From assembly GCA_026390435.1 (NCBI GenBank), contig JAPLFY010000040.1:40223-104222 (forward strand): 64,000 nt of DNA, in the 5' to 3' direction. The translations under genes were made by a program, and so were the position numbers. The notes under the pieces are model-generated. The model saw only the letters and a list, made by a program, of their open reading frames with translations, was not told the origin of the DNA and ran no database searches. Shown here one piece after another: positions 46,860-57,012 of this stretch (position 1 is its first letter; each line of letters begins with the position of its first letter). This DNA is from Pseudomonadota bacterium (GTDB taxonomy: Bacteria > Bdellovibrionota_B > Oligoflexia > Oligoflexales > CAIYRB01).

Positions 46860-47075
46860 GAACAGCCCTTTCCAAGTAGAGAACAATTGGATCTCCCAGA
46901 ACAACAGGAGCGCGATTATATCGGCATTTTCAGCCTAAAACTTTAGAAAATTCCAATATAATTCTGAAATCATTGGAAATTACCGCCGATCAACAGAATG
47001 CTCGCGGGCATCAGGACGTCTAAAAATAATACAAAATGTATAATTCTCGAACAAAACTTCACATTCGCCAGGCTA

Positions 47076-48326
47076 TTACGAACGGATCGCTTTGATAGGA
47101 ACCGTAAACGCAGCTTTACATGCCGGATACAAACCAGCGACAAGACTCATAATCATCAGCCCACTCGCGACGGAAATCGCCTGCTTCACACTCAGTCGGC
47201 AACCCACCACCTGATCCATGGCAACCACAGTCTTGTCACGCTGCTCACCGATAAACGCCGATAAATCTAAGCCAACATTATGTAGATAGTAGTAGATGGG
47301 AGTAGCCGCAATAGCGCCGATCACTAAACCGATCAAGCCTAATATGAAGCCCTCCCAAGCCACCATGAAAATGATATTGCCCGGCGACATGCCCGTGGCC
47401 AGCATAATTCCGAACTCTCTGCGTCGTTCGATAATATTGAGCATCATCGCATTTAAAATGCCCGTTGATATAATGACTGCGGCAAAAATTAGAAGCATCG
47501 TGTTTAGCGTGGCATCAATATCGATAGTCTGCGCCACTTCTGGAAAACTCTCGCGCCAGAAAGCGACATGTGCCTTTGCAACTACGGAGCCAGAAATCTT
47601 CTTCTTAACAGCAGTCACGAGATCTTTAGACACTGTTTCTGGCGAGGAATAAAGAGCCAAAAAAGACGCCTCACTGGGTTCGTATCCCAGCGTCTTTTGT
47701 AGTAGCGTGATAGGTAAAATTGCTACATGCCCATCCAACTCGGGACTACCAGTATGAAAAATCCCGCCCACGTGCACGATATTCGAGACAATTTGTCCCT
47801 GCGCATCGGTAGTGGTAAACACCATCTTATGGCCTATTTTTAGGCCCAATTGATTTGCCAAGGCAGACCCGACCAGACAGTCGTCACTGACCCCTTGCTG
47901 AATTTTTACCCCACTTGAAATCGCACTGATCATCAAATTATTAGTCGCGGTTTCAAAGCGAGGGTCGACCCCCAAAAGTCTAGCCCCAGTGCTATTCTTC
48001 GCCGTATAAACTACTGCCGCCGCAGACACTCGCGGACTAACTTCCTGAATCCCTCGAATCTGCTTCAGAGATTTTAATGTCTTATCGTCGAAGTGAATGC
48101 GACTAGTTGGCGTTGGATCAGCCAGGTAACCAGGTTGACTCACATTCACGATTCCGTAACCACTCATGGCTGCGCTGGCAATTAATCGATCATAGGTGCT
48201 CTGCCGAGTCCCAATCAAAACCATTGCCACACAAGCACCCATAGCCACAGATAAGGCCGTGGTCAGAGTTCGCCTGGGGTTGCGCCGAATGTTTCGAGTG
48301 CCAATACGAATGATCTCAGCTATCAC
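47076..48326 (-). CDS. ABC transporter permease, FtsX/MacB-like
   Basis: The N-terminus has the RNIRRNPRRTL motif and a TM helix, followed by a large periplasmic domain and a C-terminal three-TM FtsX domain. The GTG at 48326 has AGGAG 7 nt upstream. Confidence 0.8.
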   Translation of the reverse strand: MIAEIIRIGTRNIRRNPRRTLTTALSVAMGACVAMVLIGTRQSTYDRLIASAAMSGYGIVNVSQPGYLADPTPTSRIHFDDKTLKSLKQIRGIQEVSPRVSAAAVVYTAKNSTGARLLGVDPRFETATNNLMISAISSGVKIQQGVSDDCLVGSALANQLGLKIGHKMVFTTTDAQGQIVSNIVHVGGIFHTGSPELDGHVAILPITLLQKTLGYEPSEASFLALYSSPETVSKDLVTAVKKKISGSVVAKAHVAFWRESFPEVAQTIDIDATLNTMLLIFAAVIISTGILNAMMLNIIERRREFGIMLATGMSPGNIIFMVAWEGFILGLIGLVIGAIAATPIYYYLHNVGLDLSAFIGEQRDKTVVAMDQVVGCRLSVKQAISVASGLMIMSLVAGLYPACKAAFTVPIKAIRS

Positions 48327-48348
48327 GGTGCAGCTCCTGCCAAGGAAT

Positions 48349-49581
48349 TCACCGCGGAGCAAGTGCCTGAGAAGGCTGCATCCGCGCGGCATCAAGTCCG
48401 GGGTATAGGCTAAATAAATTTATAGATATAAACATAACGACAACGGGTGTCAGGATCTCCCCCCAACCTAGCCGGGCATATAAAATTGGCTGCATTGTGA
48501 TCCCAGCCATGGCCCAGTGATCAAAAAACCAGCGAAGATCAAGGCCGTTACGAGACAGTAGCAAGGCTATGGGAATGCCAATGGCCCAGGCTGTTATACT
48601 GTTGAAAAGCCCTAACCAGCTAGACTCTGCAAGAATCAAAGTTAAAATCTGCCCTGGAGTCATCCCGAGCGCTGTCATCGTGCCGAACTCAGTCAGCCGA
48701 TTATAGATAGACATAAATCCAATGTTTATGATGAGTCCGCCAAGCGATAAATAAACAAAACAGAAAATAAACTTAGACGATATGGCGAGTATATCGAGCA
48801 TCTTCGCCAAAATCGGCTTAACTTGCCGCCAGGTCAACACTTCAACAGAGGGTCCCAAGGCGGGCGCTATTCTCGATAATCGTTGCCTGACTTTTTCTAG
48901 CGGATCACCAATATTAATCCGCTTAAGCGCGACCTCATGGACTCCGTGTTCCATGTGATAGTACTGTTGAAATGCTGCAATCGACATAAAAACGCCGCGC
49001 TCATCTATGTCACTACTAGCTGGCAGCAAAATACCGCGAACACGAAACAATGCATTTGCAGCCGCGCCGTCCGCAGCCTGAGTCAGTAGCACCAGATCCT
49101 GTCCAATTTTGACATGGAGCCTGCGGGCCAGGACACGCCCTATGACTACGTCCTTTGGAGAGGATTTTTCAAGCCACTTTCCTTTGCTGAGGTGCCGATC
49201 AATTTCCGTTACTTTCGGCTCCGCATCCAGATCGACCGCGCGAATCTGCACACCGGTTGATTGATTTCCTATTGCCGCAAGTCCAAAACCGTATAGCCTC
49301 GGTGCCGCAGCTAGCCCAATTGATTTCAGCTTCTGCTGCCAGGCCTCTGTATATGGCATCGTTGTATAAAGATCCGGACTATTGACATACCCGGCTGCAT
49401 GTAACTGCAGCTCACCTACATCAAGATCAGTCGCAGACCGCGTCAGCAGATCTCCCAGGCCTGTGTTAAGGCAACCCCAGACCAGCATAATCGCGGTAAT
49501 AAGCCCAACACCGCCAACTTGCAATGCCGTGCGCAATCTTGAGCGACCTAAATTTCTTAGTGCGAACAGGCCTAAATTCAT
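48349..49581 (-). CDS. ABC transporter permease, FtsX/MacB-like
   Basis: LFALRNLGRSRLRTAL at the N-terminus, a periplasmic domain, and a C-terminal FtsX domain with three TM helices. Confidence 0.8.
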   Translation of the reverse strand: MNLGLFALRNLGRSRLRTALQVGGVGLITAIMLVWGCLNTGLGDLLTRSATDLDVGELQLHAAGYVNSPDLYTTMPYTEAWQQKLKSIGLAAAPRLYGFGLAAIGNQSTGVQIRAVDLDAEPKVTEIDRHLSKGKWLEKSSPKDVVIGRVLARRLHVKIGQDLVLLTQAADGAAANALFRVRGILLPASSDIDERGVFMSIAAFQQYYHMEHGVHEVALKRINIGDPLEKVRQRLSRIAPALGPSVEVLTWRQVKPILAKMLDILAISSKFIFCFVYLSLGGLIINIGFMSIYNRLTEFGTMTALGMTPGQILTLILAESSWLGLFNSITAWAIGIPIALLLSRNGLDLRWFFDHWAMAGITMQPILYARLGWGEILTPVVVMFISINLFSLYPGLDAARMQPSQALAPR

Positions 49582-49599
49582 CTCGAGATTAGCCCCACA

Positions 49600-50433
49600 T
49601 TAAAGGGATTTAAGTTGCTCGAGGGAGAAAAAATTGCCATCGAATTTGACACCGTGTCGTATCGACTCATAGACCAGCTCTGTATGTTCGCCCGGCAAAT
49701 CTGCCGGGGTCACCATGATACGCGATGGGACCATCCGACCACCCAACTTCTTGAGATCAGTGAAGGTCAAGGTCCGCACCTTAGCCCCGCGATCGTCGTA
49801 GTAAACTTGGGACTGCGGTATCTTGCGTTCTTTCTCCACGATCATTCTGACTTTAGACCAAACCACTGCTGAATTTCGCTTCGGGACTAAATCGATGGTC
49901 CAGATGGTGGCGGATCCCTTCTTTTTCACTTCAATAATCTTGCCGTCATAATCACGCTCAAAATAGGCTGAGCGAACTAAATCATCGTTTGAGAAATGAC
50001 TACCCATCCAACTAGCGCTCCGAAGCGCAGCACTCACTTTCACCGTACGATCGACATTCGGTAAATAGTTGTACATATCCGACGCAAGACGGAGCGTGAC
50101 GGTGCCCTTCTCTGACGGTGGATAATTAATTTTGATTATCGCCTTGTCCGAACCTGAGGTCCAGTAGGTCAGTTTCAAAGTCCGTTCGTAGTGAGATGTC
50201 TTTACCGACATACTCATATCGGCAGATGACTTAACAGAGAACCAAAGCTTATCCACACCGCTAAGCACCTTGCTCAACTCTTCATTATCGGCTTTAGTTG
50301 GTTTTCCACCATCAGCCGCAATACCTATAGAGGTAGTAAACACAAAAACCAACGCGCAACAAGCCTGCGCTAGCGGAAGAAAAACTACGCCGCGGCCCGA
50401 GCCAAACCATGTGATTTTTCTTTTTATTGTCAT
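49600..50433 (-). CDS. outer-membrane lipoprotein-sorting (LolA-like) protein
   Basis: It is secreted and about 250 aa in mature form. The pattern of alternating beta-strands, and its position upstream of paired FtsX permeases, are as in LolA-like/DUF4367 loci. This call rests on context plus weak motif recognition. Confidence 0.55.
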   Translation of the reverse strand: MTIKRKITWFGSGRGVVFLPLAQACCALVFVFTTSIGIAADGGKPTKADNEELSKVLSGVDKLWFSVKSSADMSMSVKTSHYERTLKLTYWTSGSDKAIIKINYPPSEKGTVTLRLASDMYNYLPNVDRTVKVSAALRSASWMGSHFSNDDLVRSAYFERDYDGKIIEVKKKGSATIWTIDLVPKRNSAVVWSKVRMIVEKERKIPQSQVYYDDRGAKVRTLTFTDLKKLGGRMVPSRIMVTPADLPGEHTELVYESIRHGVKFDGNFFSLEQLKSL

Positions 50434-50553
50434 AAACTACCGATATAGAAGCTTTCTTAATACAATAAGGGATTCTCGGTGGAATCACAACATTTGTGGT
50501 TCAATAAACAGTCGAGAGCATTTCGCAGAAGTGTGGGAAAAGGTGGGGCAAAG

Positions 50554-51798
50554 ATGGAGCGAAAAGCTCGGATTTCTTGGGCGATAACTGCGGCATCTGC
50601 CTTTTCACCAAACATCGCTTTGGCGCGCAGCTCCGTCGACCAGCAGCTCAGTCTGAGGACTTTTTCAGCTTACTTAGAAAGTCCGAAAAACGATAAGGAT
50701 CTCTATCCCAGCGAATCAGACGTGAATCAACAGGTGATCTTCCGCGACAGTATCAAGATCAAAGCCACGAATGCTATCCGCTTTGAGTTCAATTTCTATA
50801 ACCTACTCATTGGGGCCTCATCTAAAGATTCCCTAGTTCAGACCCTATTAAACTCTGTCGATGAATCCAATCGTACCGCAGCCCTTGAGCGGCATTGGCA
50901 CAACAGCACCAACGCGGATGCTTACCTAACCGTTGATCGCCTAAACATGAGCTTAAAACTTGGTCACGCCGATCTCACAATAGGTCGATTTCCAATCAAT
51001 TTATCAACCATGTTTGTATTTGTGCCAAATGACTTCTTCGCCCCTTTTCGTGCGTTTGATTATTACCGAGAGTTCAAACCTGGGGTTGATGGATTTCGGC
51101 TAGATTATGGCATCGGTAAGCGTGGCCAAATTTCTCTCCTCGGAGTCGCTGGCTTTCAAACAACTGGTGTCACCAGTCGGACAAGCAGCGAAAATCAGCC
51201 ATCTAGAAACTACTCTCCTGAAAAGGCCTCAGCACTAGTACGAGGAGTCTACACGATCAAGCGCATCGAGATAGGCCTGCTTGGCGGCAAAGTTGGTCCT
51301 AGCTTACTGGGGGGCCTAACTATGCAGGGTGAATTAGGCAGCATCGGCATCCGAGCTGAAGGCAACCAAAGATCTAATCAACTAACCAAACAAAACATCT
51401 TCGTGGGTGGTGTCGGTGCCGATTATCGGCTGACTGGAAAAATATCGTTTCAGGCAGAGCAGTACTTCAATGGTGGTGGATTTCAACAAGCAAGCCAATT
51501 AACTGAGCAAGAAAATGCCGTCAGCACACCGACCTTACTCCTTGGGCGCAATTACACAGGCATTGTTGCCGTCTACGACATTAATGGCCTCCTGAACCTT
51601 AAAACTCTATTGATTTTAAATGACAGCGACAGATCACTGTTGGGTAATATGTATTTAACATACTCAGTAGCTTCGAACGCTCAGCTAGTCGTAGCGCTCA
51701 TGTCACCCCGCGGCAGAACACCCGACGGCGGAATTCCGCAAACTGAATTTGGACTTTATCCGAGCGTGCTGTCTGTCCAGACTGCTATTTATTTTTAA
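50554..51798 (+). CDS. outer-membrane beta-barrel protein, unknown function
   Basis: The ATG at 50554 has AAGGTGGGG upstream. It has the signal peptide ...AFSPNIALA, alternating amphipathic strands and a C-terminal aromatic residue (TAIYF) typical of OMPs. Confidence 0.6.
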   Translation: MERKARISWAITAASAFSPNIALARSSVDQQLSLRTFSAYLESPKNDKDLYPSESDVNQQVIFRDSIKIKATNAIRFEFNFYNLLIGASSKDSLVQTLLNSVDESNRTAALERHWHNSTNADAYLTVDRLNMSLKLGHADLTIGRFPINLSTMFVFVPNDFFAPFRAFDYYREFKPGVDGFRLDYGIGKRGQISLLGVAGFQTTGVTSRTSSENQPSRNYSPEKASALVRGVYTIKRIEIGLLGGKVGPSLLGGLTMQGELGSIGIRAEGNQRSNQLTKQNIFVGGVGADYRLTGKISFQAEQYFNGGGFQQASQLTEQENAVSTPTLLLGRNYTGIVAVYDINGLLNLKTLLILNDSDRSLLGNMYLTYSVASNAQLVVALMSPRGRTPDGGIPQTEFGLYPSVLSVQTAIYF

Positions 51799-51807
51799 TA
51801 GCGTCAG

Positions 51808-52743
51808 TCACTTAGTGCTCTGATTGTACATAAACTTAACAAGGCTTGATGCTATGTTTTTCACCGCATCTTTAACCTTGGCCGCTTGGCCTTTATCTTG
51901 AGCTGAAATTTTCGCAACCATAACTTGATACCCAGTCCCGTCAACATCAAGACCAGCTGTCAAGATTTGATAGTTTGTCACAGTCTCATAAGACTTCTGC
52001 AAACTCGAGGTGTACATGTATAGACCCTCGCTGAGATCATAGTGATCTTGTCGGTAAACGTAGCGAGTGTTGACCGTGACTAAACCTACTTTTGCACTCG
52101 AAGGAGAGTCGATCGTCCATCCGCGAATCCAACCTTTATCGTTATTGCTCGCAGCTGGAGTGACCGTGACATTCCCAGGCTTTCTACCCTGAGCTGTGAT
52201 TCTCTCCCTCTCCGTATTCTGTTCCCCGTCACGGGGCGCAACACTCTCAAAGTGGCTAGCAATAGTAATCGGTATTTTAATCGCAATGGCGAAAAATGCA
52301 TTGACGATGCCACCACTGTTGGTGATGTCCGAGACTTGGTACAGCTGCGGTTCAGCTGAACCAGAATAAGCATTAGGTATAAGTGTGTTTACGAAAAAAG
52401 TATTAGCTACTTTACCTGTGCAAATCGCATCGTAAAGCGCCGATAACTTTTGGCCAGCAGCCTGAGTATCGGCAGCAGCTGCACACCACGCCGAAGGTGG
52501 CGCGGCTTTGGCACTGGGTGGTGCCGCAACTGGCGTCGTCGCAGGGGCCTTGCAAAGGCCATCTTCGCAGGCATTCCCCGCGTTATCTCCTTTTGGCTGC
52601 TCGACCGCCGTTTTTTTAGTCTTTTTCGTGGCATCGGCGCCGCCTCGGTTTGACGACTGCGCCTGAGGGTCGCTGCTACAAGCAGCCACCAGCCCCGCCA
52701 GGATCAAGCTGTGGAAGTATAAATAGGCAATTCTCTTCGACAT
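51808..52743 (-). CDS. lipoprotein with an Ala/Pro-rich N-terminal linker, unknown function
   Basis: The ATG at 52743 gives MSKRIAYLYFHSLILAGLVAACSS (lipobox). Confidence 0.55.
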   Translation of the reverse strand: MSKRIAYLYFHSLILAGLVAACSSDPQAQSSNRGGADATKKTKKTAVEQPKGDNAGNACEDGLCKAPATTPVAAPPSAKAAPPSAWCAAAADTQAAGQKLSALYDAICTGKVANTFFVNTLIPNAYSGSAEPQLYQVSDITNSGGIVNAFFAIAIKIPITIASHFESVAPRDGEQNTERERITAQGRKPGNVTVTPAASNNDKGWIRGWTIDSPSSAKVGLVTVNTRYVYRQDHYDLSEGLYMYTSSLQKSYETVTNYQILTAGLDVDGTGYQVMVAKISAQDKGQAAKVKDAVKNIASSLVKFMYNQSTK

Positions 52744-52921
52744 CTCTACGTTTTCCCTTCGCCTTCGACCGGCACCGTCATGCACACATCAGGCATGTCG
52801 GACTGACTAGGGGGAAACTTGAGGAGAAAACGAATTCAACGTTAAATCGTTATTTTCCCTTGCCTTAGGGGAATCGCTCCATTATGGTTCTGGCCCTAGC
52901 CAACGGCGTTAAGTGTCGATT

Positions 52922-53008
52922 GCGAGCGTGTTGGAATTGGTAGACAAGCCGGTCTCAGAAGCCGGTGCCCGCAAGGGTGTGGAGGTTCAAGTCCTCTCGC
53001 TCGCACCA
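52922..53008 (+). tRNA. tRNA-Leu (CAG)
   Basis: GCGAGCGTGTTGGAATTGGTAGAC..., anticodon stem-loop CCGGT-CTCAGAA-GCCGG, long variable arm, GGTTCAAGTCC, and acceptor stem GCGAGCG/CGCTCGC followed by ACCA. Confidence 0.92.
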
Positions 53009-53643
53009 AGACAAGCCCCTGGAAATACTACTTTAAGCCCAGTAAGCTCAGACCTTAGATCCACGCCAGGGACAAAGTGAATAGCGGTAATCCCAAGCTT
53101 ACGCGCTGCCTCTATGTTACGAGCGGAATCATCAATAAAAATTGACGCACTAGCATTGATGCCATAGCGCTCCAGTAAACATTGGTAGATGCGAGGGTCC
53201 GGTTTGATTAGTCGCTCTTCGCCCGACACAACCACGCCATCGAACCAATTGAGAAAAGGGTACAATTTGCGCGCCGGATGGAAGGTTTCCGCCGACCAGT
53301 TTGTCAGCCCGTAAACTTTATAGCCTACGCGCTTCAGATCGGAGAGAACCTCAACGTTCTCATTAATCGCGTCCCCAAGCGTCTCAAACCAACGCTCGTG
53401 ATAGGCCCGAATTAAATCTGCATGCTCCGGAAACATTGCGGTTCTATCGCGGACAGCTTCCGCAAACGTTAGGCCCGCATCAAGCTGCTCATTCCATTCC
53501 AGCGTGCAAACATTAGCCAGGAACCACTCCATAGCGGCCACGTCTTCAGCAAAAATCTTGCGAAAAAGATTGCGCGGATCCCAACGAATCAAAACATTGC
53601 CTAAGTCGAATATAACTATGTGATGAGACGGCGCTTGTGACAC
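52987..53643 (-). CDS. HAD-superfamily hydrolase (subfamily IA)
   Basis: Motif I is IFDLGNVL, with motif III/IV-like FIDDS. The 3' end overlaps the tRNA-Leu gene on the opposite strand by 22 nt. Confidence 0.8.
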   Translation of the reverse strand: MSQAPSHHIVIFDLGNVLIRWDPRNLFRKIFAEDVAAMEWFLANVCTLEWNEQLDAGLTFAEAVRDRTAMFPEHADLIRAYHERWFETLGDAINENVEVLSDLKRVGYKVYGLTNWSAETFHPARKLYPFLNWFDGVVVSGEERLIKPDPRIYQCLLERYGINASASIFIDDSARNIEAARKLGITAIHFVPGVDLRSELTGLKVVFPGACLGASERT

Positions 53644-53674
53644 TGGAAACTCTCCAAAACATAATGGAATCGAC

Positions 53675-54523
53675 TTATGCCCGCGGTAAACGCTTCGCAG
53701 CTAATTCATACGCACTACGTACGACGGCCTGGCCATATCGGGCCTCTAAGCGCTTAAGGCCGAAAGCATAGTATGCGATGTTGCTATAGTAGTCATTAAA
53801 CATGCCATTAATTACGGCACCACCAGCTGCTCCAAGTAGCGGCAGGCTCTGCGCGAGAAACTTCTCACCGGCAATAACATTCAGCCGCACAGCAACCTTG
53901 GCCAGTAGCTCGATCAGTCTGGGAGCCCCACCACTCTCAATGGCCTTCATCACCTGGGTAGCTGACTTGCCCGCGATAAAAGCAGCACCATCTCTAATTA
54001 GAACATCGAGAGCTGCTCGTTGGATGTAGAACGAAGCATCACTATCGTTGTCCATTTTCGAGCCAGGACTACCGTAGGCAAATACAGTGAGAATCTCCAA
54101 TGCAGTCTGTGGATCACGAGGATCAAAACCCGATGCTTGGGCCATCGAAGCTATCGATCGCATGATCAGTGTGGTCGTCAATGGAAGCTCAACAGCAAGA
54201 GTCCACCCCCCAGCGAACCCACTTGCGGCCCCAAATCCCATTGCTGTAATTGTATGCGCCCACTTTTTTGCCGCAGCTGCGGATGAGGGTAACTCAACAG
54301 CATCTTCGTGACTCATGCTCTGAACGGCCAATCGAAGACCTGAAGTAAGTGCTTTATCAACTCCGCGCTGGATCAGCGCTTGTGCCCTCTGCGGAAGTTT
54401 TTCAGCAACATACACTATCGGACGGCCCAAATATCCAGACACTTTTACTAAGAAACTTGGGCGTTCGAGCAGCTTAACGGCATCTTCGATAAAGCGAAGG
54501 TCCTTGCCTTCTAAAATTTCCAT
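53675..54523 (-). CDS. EcsC-family protein
   Basis: The overall pattern (N-terminal helical region with LPQRAQALIQRGVDKAL, then Gly/Ala-rich segments) resembles EcsC. This is recognised from memory only. Confidence 0.5.
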   Translation of the reverse strand: MEILEGKDLRFIEDAVKLLERPSFLVKVSGYLGRPIVYVAEKLPQRAQALIQRGVDKALTSGLRLAVQSMSHEDAVELPSSAAAAKKWAHTITAMGFGAASGFAGGWTLAVELPLTTTLIMRSIASMAQASGFDPRDPQTALEILTVFAYGSPGSKMDNDSDASFYIQRAALDVLIRDGAAFIAGKSATQVMKAIESGGAPRLIELLAKVAVRLNVIAGEKFLAQSLPLLGAAGGAVINGMFNDYYSNIAYYAFGLKRLEARYGQAVVRSAYELAAKRLPRA

Positions 54524-54598
54524 CGGGATCTATTACCCTCTGAGCTGGTCTGTGTGAAACTCAGTCTACACCAACTTTTGTAACAAGAGGAGATCCTC

Positions 54599-55954
54599 AT
54601 GAAGCTCAAGCAGAATTTTCTATCATTTTTTCTAATATTGATTCTATCCCTCCAATTCTGCTGCGATGGCGCCTTCGCTAGCTTAGCTGAATTCGTTAAA
54701 ACACCAGATCCAAGCTACAGCTATGAAGTGATAAAAACCTGGACGAGCAAAGATGTCGATTACGTCAATTTGCGCCTCACGTCGCAAACTTTTCAGGGAA
54801 CAGCCTGGCAACACATCCTGACTCTGGCAAAACCCATTCACACCAAGCCAGCTACTGAAGCGATCTTGATTATAGAAGGAGGACGCCACGACCAATTACC
54901 ATCTGCAGACAATCCCACCGGACAGGCAAATTCGGCGACTTTAAAGGTCCTTCACGACCTAGCGGTAAGTAGCGGGCTCATCTCTGCTTCGGTCGAGCAG
55001 ATACCTTATCAACCAATTTTTGGTGGAAAAATAGAGGACGAAATTGTCGCTCATACTCTGACTCAATTTTTTCAATCAAAAGACGACCGATGGCCGTTGT
55101 TACTCCCCATGACTAAAGCCACAATCAGAGCCATGGACACCATCCAGAAATATGCGAAAGAGAATTGGCATCTTTCCATTTCAGGCTTCACTCTAAGCGG
55201 TGAATCAAAACGCGGCTGGACAAGTTGGTTAACGGCTGCAGCTGATGAGCGCGTCAACGGCATAGTGCCAATGGTCTTCAATATGCTGAACATGTCCAAA
55301 CAACTCGATCATCAGTTAGAGACCTGGGGCAAATATTCGGAAGAACTTGGGGACTATGCCTCCCAGGGCCTACCTCAGATGTTAAAGACCGACCAGGGAC
55401 GCCACCTACTGGAACTGATCGACCCCTTTTCCTACCTGAGCCGACTTACTGCAGCAAAACTAATTCTACTGGGCACAAACGATCAATACTGGCCCCTTGA
55501 TGCTGCGAGCCTCTATTTTTCTTCTTTACCTGAGCCCAAATACCTATTGTATGTACCAAATTCTGGGCATGACACCAAAGAACGCAACTTGGTCAACCAA
55601 GCTCGACTTGTCGTCGCCCTGGCCGCAGCAGGAAACCTCAAACTGCCCAGCATACAAAGTCAAATCACAGCCGCTAACAACACGGACCCGGGATCGCTAA
55701 TTTTTGATAGCCAACCAGCTCCAAGACGACTGATTTTATGGCAAACAACATCACAGTCTAAGGACTTCCGTAACGCTAAATGGCAGTCCAAGCTAGTATC
55801 CGCAATGCCTAACGTGTCAAATAAGACCATCGTCAAATTGGAGCCTAAAACAGGCGTATTTTCAGCCGCATTTTTGTCGGCTGAATATCTCGTCAGTGGC
55901 CAGAATTTTACCCTTAGCAGCGAGGTAGCAATGATTCCACCCAAACCATTTTAA
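54599..55954 (+). CDS. PhoPQ-activated pathogenicity-related (PqaA-type) secreted protein
   Basis: It has a signal peptide, plus LRLTSQTFQGTAWQHILTLAKP and SGESKRGWTSWLTAAADERV, which match the PqaA-family motifs. Confidence 0.65.
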   Translation: MKLKQNFLSFFLILILSLQFCCDGAFASLAEFVKTPDPSYSYEVIKTWTSKDVDYVNLRLTSQTFQGTAWQHILTLAKPIHTKPATEAILIIEGGRHDQLPSADNPTGQANSATLKVLHDLAVSSGLISASVEQIPYQPIFGGKIEDEIVAHTLTQFFQSKDDRWPLLLPMTKATIRAMDTIQKYAKENWHLSISGFTLSGESKRGWTSWLTAAADERVNGIVPMVFNMLNMSKQLDHQLETWGKYSEELGDYASQGLPQMLKTDQGRHLLELIDPFSYLSRLTAAKLILLGTNDQYWPLDAASLYFSSLPEPKYLLYVPNSGHDTKERNLVNQARLVVALAAAGNLKLPSIQSQITAANNTDPGSLIFDSQPAPRRLILWQTTSQSKDFRNAKWQSKLVSAMPNVSNKTIVKLEPKTGVFSAAFLSAEYLVSGQNFTLSSEVAMIPPKPF

Positions 55955-56017
55955 AAGTATAATAACTTACTACTAATCATATAGATTTATCTAACTCCCG
56001 TTAGCGACAGGCATACC

Positions 56018-56992
56018 TTGTTCGAACTTAAAGCACATCGCACGTCAGAAAAAATAGCATTATTCTTGATGCCAGTATTGGCATTGGCCTCCCTATTACC
56101 AGACGTTTCGTCGGCGACTGCGCTCATGGCCGGGCTCATTGTCTCTGCAATCTTCGGCAATCCCTATATTCGAGTCACACGACGCTACGTATCCCCACTG
56201 CTGCAAATTTCTATAATCGGCTTGGGCGCTGGGATGAATTTAGGCGTGATTGGCCGCGTCGGCGCGCAAGGGGTCGTTTACACTATGGTTGGGATAAGCT
56301 CCACCATGGCTTTAGGATGGGTATTATCTAGATGGCTACGGATAGGTAGCCACACTGGCACGCTAATCAGTGTCGGAACCGCGATTTGTGGAGGTAGCGC
56401 CATTGCTGCCGTAGCACCTGTGCTTCGAGCCAATGAACAGGAAGTTACCGTCTCTCTGGGCACGATATTTATTCTAAATGCCATAGCACTTTGTGTATTT
56501 CCCTGGATTGGGACTCAGTTAAATCTATCGCAGCAAGCTTTTGGCTTGTGGAGCGCCCTCGCTATTCATGACACCAGCTCAGTGGTCGGCGCTACTATGC
56601 AATATGGGGCTGAAGCACTAACCGTGGGCACTACTTTAAAGCTAGCCAGAGCACTATGGATAGCCCCCGTCGCACTCATAATCAGCGTAATTCACGCAAG
56701 ATCGCAGGGCAGCGCCGGCAAGCGTGCCGCAATTAAAATTCCGTGGTTTATTTGTGGATTTCTCGCTGCCGCAGCTTTAGTCACGGTATTGCCTGCATTG
56801 CAGCCCACTGGCCAGCTAATGTCCATGGTAGCTAAGCGCAGTCTCGTCCTGACACTTTTTCTAATCGGCGCTAACCTAACCCCTTCGGCACTCAAGAAGG
56901 TAGGATGGAGGCCTCTGATTCACGGTATTTTACTTTGGATCAGCGTGGGTGGGGCCACCTTAGCAGCAGTGAAAATGGGTGTGATCCACTAA
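56018..56992 (+). CDS. YeiH/UPF0324-family putative sulfate-exporter-type membrane protein
   Basis: It is polytopic, with CGGSAIAAVAPVL and HDTSSVVGA motifs. The start is TTG and uncertain. Confidence 0.7.
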   Translation: MFELKAHRTSEKIALFLMPVLALASLLPDVSSATALMAGLIVSAIFGNPYIRVTRRYVSPLLQISIIGLGAGMNLGVIGRVGAQGVVYTMVGISSTMALGWVLSRWLRIGSHTGTLISVGTAICGGSAIAAVAPVLRANEQEVTVSLGTIFILNAIALCVFPWIGTQLNLSQQAFGLWSALAIHDTSSVVGATMQYGAEALTVGTTLKLARALWIAPVALIISVIHARSQGSAGKRAAIKIPWFICGFLAAAALVTVLPALQPTGQLMSMVAKRSLVLTLFLIGANLTPSALKKVGWRPLIHGILLWISVGGATLAAVKMGVIH

Positions 56993-57012
56993 CACTCACT
57001 TATGACACTCAC

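Noticed and set aside
46998-47264. An 88-aa plus-strand ORF in and next to the 3' end of the FtsX permease gene, checked as a possible missing ABC ATPase.
   Set aside because: It has no Walker motifs, overlaps the permease on the opposite strand, and its composition looks non-coding.
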